Below the pieces are notes generated by a model that worked only from the letters and a program-made list of their open reading frames with translations, did no database searches and had not been told where the DNA came from. From Eubacteriales bacterium (GTDB lineage: Bacteria; Bacillota; Clostridia; Oscillospirales; CAG-272), in the NCBI GenBank assembly GCA_045587385.1, contig JAZNCE010000007.1, positions 1,090 to 65,089 on the forward strand: a stretch of DNA of 64,000 nt. Reading direction: 5' to 3'. The translations under genes and the position numbers were made by a program. Position 1 is the first letter of the stretch. Every line of letters begins with the position of its first letter. Positions 26,357 to 34,106 of the stretch are shown in pieces.

Positions 26357-27616
26357 ATGTCATCGTACAGCGAGCTGATCAAGAATTTTGAAAAGATCCG
26401 CGCCTATATGCGTGATTTTTACGTATACGGCTTCAAGCGCCGCGACGATTATCAATCCAAAAGTGCACGCTCCTATGACGACGAGCGCCGTCGCATGGAA
26501 AGCTGGCTGGGTGAGCACATGAGCTTTGTGCGCACGCCCGAGGGCAAAAACGTGTTCATTTCCATCGACAGCCGCACCATCAGACACAACCCGCTGTACA
26601 ATGCTTGGAAGGCAAAAAGCTTTACCGATGGCGATATTACGTTGCATTTCATCATCTTTGATATTCTGCACGAGCCATCCGTCAAGCGAACGATATCCGA
26701 ATTGCTTGCAGAGATCGACGAGAAATATCTCTCCGGCTTTGAAAGCCCCCAGATGTACGATGAATCTACGCTGCGCAAAAAGCTCAAGGAATACTGCGAG
26801 GCGGGCATCATCGAAACGGAAAAGCAGGGTCGCAAGGTATATTATCACAGAACCGAAAGCACCGAAGTTGCCGATCTTGACGACGTCCTGCACTACTTTT
26901 CCGAGGTAGCACCCTGCGGCGTGATCGGCTCGTTTATACTTGACAAAGAGGACTCTGACACCGAGGCATTCACGTTCAAGCACCATTACATCACAGGTGC
27001 CATCGACAGCGGCGTGCTCGCCTCACTCTTTACAGCCATGCGCGAAAAGCGTGCAGTCACGCTCTCTAATCTGCGAAGAAACGCCGATATGCCGCGCCGC
27101 TTGCGTGTCGTGCCCCTGCGCATTTTCATCAGCGTGCAGACAGGCAGACAGCATCTGCTTGCCTACCTGCCCTCCTATAATATCTTCCATTCCTACCGTA
27201 TCGACTATCTGTCCGGCATCAAGCTTGAAGACCCCACGCCCCGCTTTGACGAGCTGCGTGCCGAGCTTGACCGCATGCAGACAAAGATGTGGGGCGTGAG
27301 CACAAGCCGCAACAAATGGGGTAAGGAGCAGCTGGAGCACGTGGAATTCACCGTGAAAATCGGCAAGGACGAACAGCATATCGTAAGACGCTTGGAGCGA
27401 GAAAAGCGCGTTGGCAAGGTGGAGCAAATCGACGAGCACACCTACCGCTTCTCTGCTGAAGTATACGACTCGGGCGAGCTGTGCCCGTGGATCAGAACCT
27501 TTATCTGCCGCATTGCGCAAATGAACTTCTCCAACCGCACCGTGGAAAACCGCTTCAAGCGGGATCTGGAGGAGATGTACATGCTCTACGGCATTGGAAA
27601 GGAGGCGGACGAATGA
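26357..27616 (+). CDS. WYL domain-containing putative transcriptional regulator (first of a pair)
   Basis: The N-terminus is typical of this clostridial WYL family (SELIKNFEKIRAYMRDFYVYGFKRRDDY). WYL-like core RLRVVPLRIFISVQTGRQHLLAYL...HSYRIDYLSGIKL. It lies only 25 nt after the GH38 stop, with no terminator between. Confidence 0.7.
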   Translation: MSSYSELIKNFEKIRAYMRDFYVYGFKRRDDYQSKSARSYDDERRRMESWLGEHMSFVRTPEGKNVFISIDSRTIRHNPLYNAWKAKSFTDGDITLHFIIFDILHEPSVKRTISELLAEIDEKYLSGFESPQMYDESTLRKKLKEYCEAGIIETEKQGRKVYYHRTESTEVADLDDVLHYFSEVAPCGVIGSFILDKEDSDTEAFTFKHHYITGAIDSGVLASLFTAMREKRAVTLSNLRRNADMPRRLRVVPLRIFISVQTGRQHLLAYLPSYNIFHSYRIDYLSGIKLEDPTPRFDELRAELDRMQTKMWGVSTSRNKWGKEQLEHVEFTVKIGKDEQHIVRRLEREKRVGKVEQIDEHTYRFSAEVYDSGELCPWIRTFICRIAQMNFSNRTVENRFKRDLEEMYMLYGIGKEADE

Positions 27617-28524
27617 TCTTTTCCGAGCTTTATTCAGCCTATTACCGCACGGTTGCCGCCATACTGTCGGCAATCTTAGACGGTGAGCAAAACGAAAAGG
27701 CACTGCAGGACATCGTCGTAGGGCATGCGTTCGGTGAGAGTGTGCTGACCATTCTGCCCGCGCTCAAAACAGAAAAATGGCAGCTTGTGCACGCCGATAT
27801 GACCACACCCATCCGACACAAGCCCACTCTTCCCCTGACCATGCTGCAAAAGCAGTGGCTCAAGGCAATTTCTCTTGATCCTCGCGTGCAGCTGTTCGGT
27901 GTGGATTTTCCCGATCTTGGGAACGTAGAGCCGCTTTTCACCCCTGCGGATTATCACGTATATGATAAATACGGCGACGGTGACCCTTACACCGATCCCG
28001 AGTACATCCGCCAATTCCGCGTCATTCTGAGCGCGATTCAAAACGGCTCGCAAATCAAATTCAACATGGTCAACCGCAAGGGCAACACCATGTACGTCAG
28101 ATGCCGCCCCGTGCGTTTGGAATACTCCGAAAAGGACGACAAATTCCGTGTGATCACAGCAGGCTGGCGTGCGGTATCCACCGTCAATCTTGCAAAAATA
28201 CAGAACTGTGCGCATTATCAAGGCACGCAACAAGTCAAGGGGCAGGAGCGAGAAGAGCTGTATGATACCGTGACGGTCAAGATCCGCAACGAGCGCAACG
28301 CCCCCGAGCGATTTTTGCTCAACTTTGCGCACTTTGAAAAGCAAACTGAAAAGCTTGACAAAAAGCACTATCAGGTAAGGATCAGATACCCCTTGAACGA
28401 TCAGCCCGAAATGGTCATCCGTATGCTCTCGTTCGGCCCCATGATCGAGGTCACAGAGCCCGAAGCTTTTCGCGCACTCATGATCGAAAAGCTGAAAAAA
28501 CAGTTGAATTGCAAATTAAAGTAA
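27613..28524 (+). CDS. WYL-like domain protein (second of the pair)
   Basis: Its ATG overlaps the upstream stop (ATGA), and AGGAGG precedes it. WYL-like segment MYVRCRPVRLEYSEKDDKFRVITAGWRAVSTVNLAKI. The ORF-track start at 27481 is rejected. Confidence 0.65.
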   Translation: MIFSELYSAYYRTVAAILSAILDGEQNEKALQDIVVGHAFGESVLTILPALKTEKWQLVHADMTTPIRHKPTLPLTMLQKQWLKAISLDPRVQLFGVDFPDLGNVEPLFTPADYHVYDKYGDGDPYTDPEYIRQFRVILSAIQNGSQIKFNMVNRKGNTMYVRCRPVRLEYSEKDDKFRVITAGWRAVSTVNLAKIQNCAHYQGTQQVKGQEREELYDTVTVKIRNERNAPERFLLNFAHFEKQTEKLDKKHYQVRIRYPLNDQPEMVIRMLSFGPMIEVTEPEAFRALMIEKLKKQLNCKLK

Positions 28525-28525
28525 C

Positions 28526-28559
28526 AAAAAGCCCTCATCCGAGGGCTTTTTGTTGTTTT
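28526..28559 (+). terminator. rho-independent terminator after the WYL pair
   Basis: AAAAAGCCCTC-ATCC-GAGGGCTTTTT followed by GTTGTTTT. Confidence 0.85.
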
Positions 28560-28619
28560 CGCAGCTTTTTTTCCGTGAAAAACGGTATTTGGCATGGTAA
28601 AATATGCTTGAAAGGAGGG

Positions 28620-29276
28620 ATGATGATGTGGCTCTTCCCTAAAAAGCAAAATAAGTGCATCCTTGGGCGCAAAAGAAAAGCAGCGCTTGCACAGCTGCAA
28701 AAGGCGTTCCCTGCCGAATGCGCCGAAGACGTGCGGATTGTGTTCTTCTCTCTCATCTCAACCGCAGAAGTCCCGCGAAATGAACTCGCCTTTTTCTTTG
28801 ATCACATCACCGATTGGCAACTGCCCTCGGGCGAGTGCATCACGCTTCCCTACCGCGTCCTGTTTGGCGATCAATTACGCCCGGGGACAAGGCTCACCCC
28901 TCGGCAGCAAATCATCCGGCACTGCATCGGCTCCAGAAGCCTTGACGGCTACGTGCGCCAAAAACACATCGAAGCCCTGCTTGCTACAGACCTGCCCGAA
29001 TGGGCACTTCCCTACGTCATCAAAATCTGTGACGAATACGTCATAGAAATCCTGCGTATCGTTTACAAGTCGCTCTCACAGCGCGACTGCACCGCATATA
29101 AGCGCATCTGCGCACTCAACTTTGATTATATCAAGCTCGGACACAGCCGCATGATCAGCTACTGGAACGAATTTTACAGATACGATTGCTATCAATACAG
29201 CGATTACGTCGGCAAAAAGCTGTATCGCGAATGCTTCGGCTTCAGCAAAACCGGGCAAAAACATATCCAACTTTGA
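28620..29276 (+). CDS. hypothetical protein (about 216-218 aa, predicted helical)
   Basis: Three consecutive ATGs follow AGGAGGG directly, so the true start is probably 28626. It contains RQQIIRH, which fits an Rx5H pattern. No family recognised. Confidence 0.6.
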   Translation: MMMWLFPKKQNKCILGRKRKAALAQLQKAFPAECAEDVRIVFFSLISTAEVPRNELAFFFDHITDWQLPSGECITLPYRVLFGDQLRPGTRLTPRQQIIRHCIGSRSLDGYVRQKHIEALLATDLPEWALPYVIKICDEYVIEILRIVYKSLSQRDCTAYKRICALNFDYIKLGHSRMISYWNEFYRYDCYQYSDYVGKKLYRECFGFSKTGQKHIQL

Positions 29277-29290
29277 AAAAGGAGCACCTC

Positions 29291-29764
29291 ATGATTTTTC
29301 ATCTTACCAACTTCATACTTGACGTTGACGTCGAGCGCACGCGCGCTTTCTACAGGCTTCCCGAAGTACCCACCACAAGCCGGGGCTGCACCTGCGAAGA
29401 CTGCCAAAACTTTGATAAGGCAATTTTAACCGTGCCTGCCACCGTGACCGAATTCCTGCAATCGCTGGGAATCGATCCCCAAAAGCCGATAGAAGCCTTT
29501 AGCGTGACGGGAGAGCATGAACCGGATGGCACGATCTGGTATAACGGCTGGTATCACGTATGCGGAAAGGTGATAGAGTGGCCGAAATTTGAACAAACCG
29601 AAAATCACCTTTCCTACAGCTGGGAGGATTGCCACCGCCCCGATCCCTCATTTCATTTTGATATTATTGCTGTTCCCACAATAGATTTGGCGCGGGAGCA
29701 GATGCCCACACCCATCATCCAATTGGATTTTGATACGTATCTTCCTTACGTTTTGCAAAACTGA
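29291..29764 (+). CDS. hypothetical protein (157 aa) with a CTCEDC motif
   Basis: ATG follows AAGGAG, 14 nt after the upstream stop. No family recognised. Confidence 0.6.
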   Translation: MIFHLTNFILDVDVERTRAFYRLPEVPTTSRGCTCEDCQNFDKAILTVPATVTEFLQSLGIDPQKPIEAFSVTGEHEPDGTIWYNGWYHVCGKVIEWPKFEQTENHLSYSWEDCHRPDPSFHFDIIAVPTIDLAREQMPTPIIQLDFDTYLPYVLQN

Positions 29765-29807
29765 GTGGGCAATACCAACTTAACTTATTAAGAAAGGAGA
29801 CCCTATT

Positions 29808-31016
29808 ATGACAGAGATCACAGGAATCTATAACACCGCCAAGTGCTTTGCCACCACGCTTGATGATGGTGCGCGCGAGCAGATCAAGCAGGTTTGCGAC
29901 ACCGAAGCGTTTGCATCCGCCAAGATCCGCATTATGCCTGACGTGCACGCCGGCAAGGGCTGCACCATCGGCACGACCATGACCGTCACCGACAAGATTG
30001 TACCCGCCATGGTGGGTGTGGACATCGGTTGTGGCATGTACACGGTATATCTTGGCAATATTGATATTGATTTTGAAAGAATGGATGAGGCAGCGCACGC
30101 GATTCCCTGCGGCATGAAGGTATGGGAGGGCAGACAGGAGCGATTTGACCTGACCGCCTTGCGCTGCTACAGAAGCTTAAAGGACTCCAAAAGACTGGAG
30201 CGCAGCATTGGAACTTTGGGCGGTGGCAATCACTTTATCGAGATTGACGTGGACGACGCGGGCGGCAAGTACTTAGTCATCCACTCGGGCAGCCGCAACC
30301 TTGGCACGCAGGTTGCACATCACTATCAGCACCTCGCCTACGAGCTTAACTTGGGCAAGGAGGAATACTTCAAGCAGCGCGACGAGATCATTCGCACCTA
30401 TAAGGAGGCGGGCAGACGCACCGAGATCCAAAGCACACTCAAGGCACTTGAAAAGGCGTTCCATGCGAGGATGCCTACCCTGCCCGAAGATCTTTGCTAC
30501 CTCTACGGCAGCTTTATGGACGATTATCTGCACGACGTGGATATCTGCCAGCAGTTTGCTGAGCGCAACCGCGCCAAGATGGCAGAGATCATTCTGGACC
30601 GCATGGGCTGGACGGCAATCGAATCCTTTCAAACCATTCACAACTACGTGGATGTGCACGAAATGATCCTGCGCAAGGGCGCGGTGTCGGCAAAGGCGGG
30701 CGAAAAGCTGCTCATTCCCATCAATATGCGTGACGGCAGCTTGATCTGCATTGGCAAGGGCAACGAGGATTGGAACTTCTCCGCTCCTCACGGCGCAGGT
30801 CGTTTGCTCTCACGCACCACCGCCTTTGAGCAGCTGACTATGGCAGAATATGAGCGCGAGATGGCAGGCATCTACTCCACCTGCGTCGTCCCCGACACCT
30901 TGGACGAGTCGCCCATGGCGTATAAGAGCATGGACGAGATCGTGGAGAACATCGAGCCCACCGCCGAGATCGTCTGCAGAATCAAGCCCCTCTATAACTT
31001 CAAGGCGGCGGAGTGA
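29808..31016 (+). CDS. rtcB: RtcB-family RNA 3'-phosphate ligase
   Basis: Motifs MPDVHAGKG, GGGNHFIEID, HSGSRNLG, HNYV and APHGAGR. Confidence 0.92.
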   Translation: MTEITGIYNTAKCFATTLDDGAREQIKQVCDTEAFASAKIRIMPDVHAGKGCTIGTTMTVTDKIVPAMVGVDIGCGMYTVYLGNIDIDFERMDEAAHAIPCGMKVWEGRQERFDLTALRCYRSLKDSKRLERSIGTLGGGNHFIEIDVDDAGGKYLVIHSGSRNLGTQVAHHYQHLAYELNLGKEEYFKQRDEIIRTYKEAGRRTEIQSTLKALEKAFHARMPTLPEDLCYLYGSFMDDYLHDVDICQQFAERNRAKMAEIILDRMGWTAIESFQTIHNYVDVHEMILRKGAVSAKAGEKLLIPINMRDGSLICIGKGNEDWNFSAPHGAGRLLSRTTAFEQLTMAEYEREMAGIYSTCVVPDTLDESPMAYKSMDEIVENIEPTAEIVCRIKPLYNFKAAE

Positions 31017-31086
31017 CCGAGGTGTTGTTCTCATGAGAATTTCAATAATGATCAGATAAACCAATTATAATCCTTTGTAAAGCAAG

Positions 31087-31116
31087 CAGGAGATCCTATT
31101 TGGGATCTCCTGTTTC
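31087..31116 (+). terminator. hairpin terminator after rtcB (weak T-run)
   Basis: CAGGAGATCC-TATTTG-GGATCTCCTG followed by TTTC. Confidence 0.55.
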
Positions 31117-31118
31117 GA

Positions 31119-31323
31119 GGGGTACTCGTCTGCGGCGAGAATACCCACGCCCTGCGCCTGGAGAATGCCCCACTTCGCGGGGCGCTCTCCGATCTTCGGG
31201 CAGAGGGATTCTGAACCCTTGTTTGCGCTAACAGCTTTTATATCTGCTTACTCATCCTGCGCAAACCAACATGTCGCGGCTTGTGCCGCTCATGCGGGGT
31301 TCTCATCGGGGCTCTATCACGAT
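31119..31323. other. densely structured intergenic region carrying a tRNA T-arm-like remnant (candidate sRNA, decayed tRNA or att remnant)
   Basis: Hairpins at 31119-31146, 31160-31190, 31221-31266 (8-bp GTTTGCGC/GCGCAAAC) and 31270-31294. Positions 31200-31218 (GCAGAGGGATTCTGAACCC) match the tRNA-Ser T-arm at 31376-31393 apart from one inserted T. Confidence 0.4.
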
Positions 31324-31366
31324 AAAAACAAAAGGAGATCCCTATAAAGGATCTCCTTTTGTTTTT
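31324..31366. terminator. bidirectional rho-independent terminator (ends tRNA-Ser on the minus strand)
   Basis: AAAAACAAAAGGAGATCC-CTATAA-AGGATCTCCTTTTGTTTTT. Confidence 0.85.
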
Positions 31367-31367
31367 A

Positions 31368-31455
31368 TGGCGGAGGCAGAGGGATTCGAACCCCCGTGGG
31401 GAGGCCCCAAACGGTTTTCAAGACCGCCTCGTTATGACCACTTCGATATGCCTCC
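31368..31455 (-). tRNA. tRNA-Ser (anticodon UGA), CCA encoded
   Basis: Minus strand: GGAGGCATATCGAAGTGGTCATAACGAGGCGGTCTTGAAAACCGTTTGGGGCCTCCCCACGGGGGTTCGAATCCCTCTGCCTCCGCCA. The 7-bp acceptor stem is GGAGGCA/TGCCTCC. The anticodon loop CTTGAAA gives anticodon TGA. It has a long variable arm and a GGTTCGAATCC T-arm. Confidence 0.92.
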
Positions 31456-31512
31456 GTATATGAACTGCCGTCAGGCAGATTTCATCGGATATTCAATTTT
31501 TTGAGAAATAAT

Positions 31513-31567
31513 CTCTTGCAATTGCAACAAGATGCATTATATCATACTTGTTGCAATTTTGCAAGAG
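31513..31567 (-). promoter_or_regulatory. large palindrome that contains the tRNA-Ser promoter and probably also terminates the upstream mmcQ-type gene
   Basis: The minus strand reads TTGCAA (31564-31559), 17 nt, TATAAT (31541-31536). Inverted arms of 20 nt, CTCTTGCAA(A)ATTGCAACAAG, flank the -10. Confidence 0.55.
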
Positions 31568-31577
31568 TTTATCCATA

Positions 31578-31976
31578 TTATTTTCTCGTTTTAATATTAT
31601 TTTTTTGATTCTTGGACTTCTTTTTCTCCCTTGTTGCCTCGAAGCTGACGCTTGTGAGAAACCCGATCAGATCCTCGGGTGCATCGGGCAGCAGCACCGA
31701 GATCCAATGCAGCTTATTCATGTGGTAGGCGGGGTAGACGCCGTCCGCGGCACCGAACGAGCCGTACATTTCCATGGGCAGCTTGAGGTTGACCACGTCG
31801 ATCACCTCGTCGCTGTCAAGTCCGAACTTGCGGCGGCTGACGCGCATGACGATACCGTACCATTTGCGCGTGTCGGCATGGCGCAGCACCGCCGTTTCAA
31901 AATCCTCCTCAAAGGGATAATCGGGCAGCGTGCCGTATGCGTCCTGGCAGAGCGTAAAATATTGCTGTTTTGTCAT
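31578..31976 (-). CDS. MmcQ/YjbR family DNA-binding protein
   Basis: PDYPFEEDFETAVLRHADTRKWYGIVM...NLKLP...YHMNKLHWISVLL is the typical family pattern. Start at 31976. Confidence 0.85.
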   Translation of the reverse strand: MTKQQYFTLCQDAYGTLPDYPFEEDFETAVLRHADTRKWYGIVMRVSRRKFGLDSDEVIDVVNLKLPMEMYGSFGAADGVYPAYHMNKLHWISVLLPDAPEDLIGFLTSVSFEATREKKKSKNQKNNIKTRK

Positions 31977-31992
31977 AGCCGTTGATCCGAGC

Positions 31993-33303
31993 TTATCTCT
32001 TTCTCTTATACTCCGGCATGGACAGGGGCGCGTCATCCGCGAAGGTAATTCCCCACTCGCGCGTGAACTGACCCACACCTGCGATCAGGATCTCCTTGGT
32101 ATAGGAGCGTTCCTCCAGCGCCATGCGCACGTCATAGTGACGCTCCTTCTGGTCATACAGCCATTGATTGCAGGGGTATGCCAGAATGGCTGCCTCAACC
32201 AACTCGTAGAACTCCAGCGGCACGTCCTCAACGCCATGGTGAGAAACCTGACAATAATCGCTCTTGAGGTAGTCACCGTACACGTCAGTCATCAGGTTAG
32301 TTCCCTCTTTGCCGATATCGCCCGTGAACATTGCGCTGTAATCCTCTGTGTAGATGCGGGTCACAAGGCTGGAATTATTGAAATAATCATTATGATTGCC
32401 GACCTTGAAAAGGTCATCCGCAGCCAGCAGCACCTCCATTTTGAAGTTGCCGAAGGTAAACTCCATACCGGTGTGTGCATACACGGTCTTTGCCCCCAGC
32501 TTGGCAACATCCTCATGGAACTTATTGTTGAAATATTGATCTCCGCCGATCTTGACGGCAAGATTTTCCTCAATGGGGGCAAAGATCACGTACTCGACCT
32601 CAACTGCGCTTGCCTTTTTATTGCAAATATACGAGAAAGTGGGGTGATGGTCATCATGCGAGTGCGTCAGCACCCACGCACGGATCAGGGGCTTTCCCTG
32701 CCCCACGTGCAAATCTTCAATCTGCGCAAGCACCTTTCCGGCGCGCTTTTCATACGAACCGTCATACACGATAAACGATCCGTCGGGCAGCTGCACGATA
32801 TAGCACATGCCGTTTACGTTAGAGCTGTCACGCATTTGCGTGATCGAGGGCTTTACGCTCCCCTGGGCAATTTCGGGACTCTGTGCGGGGGGCAGGATAT
32901 CGCCTGCAGTATCGGACAGCACGACGTTGAGCTCACCGTTATACTTGAACCAATAGATATGCGCCATAAATTCGCCGTTGACCAGCGTTGCAAACAGGTT
33001 GCCTGCCTTTTCGCTCTCGGCATAGACCTCGCAGCCTCTTTGCAGATAGTAAGAACGCACGCCTGCAAAGTCCTCTGCGGTCTTACCCGAATACGTGCTC
33101 AAAACAGAATCATCCTGGCACTTGTAGGTAATATCCGCGTCGCCAAAGCTTGCGGGATCGATAGGATCGGGCAGCGTTTCGGCTTCTGTGACGGTTTCGG
33201 TCGGCTCGTCCGTTCCGGATGCTTTGTCACAAGCCGCCAAGGGCAGCAGCATGACGATCAACAGCATCCACAAAATCATCTGAAGTACTATGTTCTTTTT
33301 CAT
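31993..33303 (-). CDS. MBL-fold metallo-hydrolase lipoprotein
   Basis: Lipobox MLLPLAAC. HxHxDH motif (VLTHSHDDHH). Start at 33303. Confidence 0.85.
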   Translation of the reverse strand: MKKNIVLQMILWMLLIVMLLPLAACDKASGTDEPTETVTEAETLPDPIDPASFGDADITYKCQDDSVLSTYSGKTAEDFAGVRSYYLQRGCEVYAESEKAGNLFATLVNGEFMAHIYWFKYNGELNVVLSDTAGDILPPAQSPEIAQGSVKPSITQMRDSSNVNGMCYIVQLPDGSFIVYDGSYEKRAGKVLAQIEDLHVGQGKPLIRAWVLTHSHDDHHPTFSYICNKKASAVEVEYVIFAPIEENLAVKIGGDQYFNNKFHEDVAKLGAKTVYAHTGMEFTFGNFKMEVLLAADDLFKVGNHNDYFNNSSLVTRIYTEDYSAMFTGDIGKEGTNLMTDVYGDYLKSDYCQVSHHGVEDVPLEFYELVEAAILAYPCNQWLYDQKERHYDVRMALEERSYTKEILIAGVGQFTREWGITFADDAPLSMPEYKRKR

Positions 33304-33317
33304 ATTCGCGCATCCTT

Positions 33318-34088
33318 TCATATTTCAATTTCAGCCATAATGGCAAAATGGTCGGAATAAAACAGTCCTTCTCCCTTGACGTCATCCGGCACGACGTTGC
33401 ACGCCACGCACGCGCCCGACGTGAAAATGTAGTCGATCTTGGCATGCTTGTCCGGCGTACGTCTGCCAAAATTGTGGAACGTGCCGCCCAGGTGCGCGGT
33501 AATATCCTTTGCGCCGCGTGCCTCCATGGCAGCACTCAGGGTAGCGATCTCGGGCGTGTCCGGATGCGCGTTCATATCTCCCATCAAAATCACGGGCTGC
33601 TTGTATGCGTCCAGCGCCGCGCAGACCAGCGCAGCCTCGATCTGCCTTGCCACCTTGCCTACGTGGTCAAGGTGCGTGTTGCAAACGCAGACCTCACCCT
33701 GCCCTGCAAACGAGCGCAGCACGGCAATCGTTGCCATACGGGGGCAAGGACTCTGGTCACCACCCAGCGTGGAGCCGGGCACGTGCGGAGTGGCAGTCAG
33801 CCAGAAGTTATCCAGGCTGACAAGCGCAAACGCGTTCTTACGGTATGCGATCGCCATGGACTCTCCCGTACAATCCTTTTCCCTGCCGCAGCCCACGAAC
33901 ACGTAATCCGGCATGTGCTGCTCCAGATAGGCGCGCATGTGGTGCGTGCACTCCTGAAAACCGATCACGTCGGGGCACTGCTCTTCCAGCATGGCGATCA
34001 CGCGTGCATGACGGTTGGTAAAGCTGTTGATGCCGTCACCGGCATTATCCACGCGCAGATTGTAGGTCATAACCTTGACTGTTGCCAT
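33318..34088 (-). CDS. endonuclease/exonuclease/phosphatase (EEP) family protein
   Basis: VMTYNLR...VIGFQEC...GDMN...SDH pattern. Confidence 0.85.
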   Translation of the reverse strand: MATVKVMTYNLRVDNAGDGINSFTNRHARVIAMLEEQCPDVIGFQECTHHMRAYLEQHMPDYVFVGCGREKDCTGESMAIAYRKNAFALVSLDNFWLTATPHVPGSTLGGDQSPCPRMATIAVLRSFAGQGEVCVCNTHLDHVGKVARQIEAALVCAALDAYKQPVILMGDMNAHPDTPEIATLSAAMEARGAKDITAHLGGTFHNFGRRTPDKHAKIDYIFTSGACVACNVVPDDVKGEGLFYSDHFAIMAEIEI

Positions 34089-34106
34089 TTTTCCACTCCT
34101 TATTTT

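Noticed and set aside
31200-31290. I considered a second functional tRNA gene next to tRNA-Ser.
   Set aside because: Only the T-arm is similar, and its T-loop has 8 nt. I could not pair an acceptor stem, and the candidate anticodon arm lacks U33 and has a mismatch next to the loop. It is reported as a remnant or tRNA-like element instead.
31165-31504. ORFs 31165-31347(+) and 31271-31504(+).
   Set aside because: They run through terminator hairpins and across the tRNA-Ser gene. They have no Shine-Dalgarno site and no protein-like composition.
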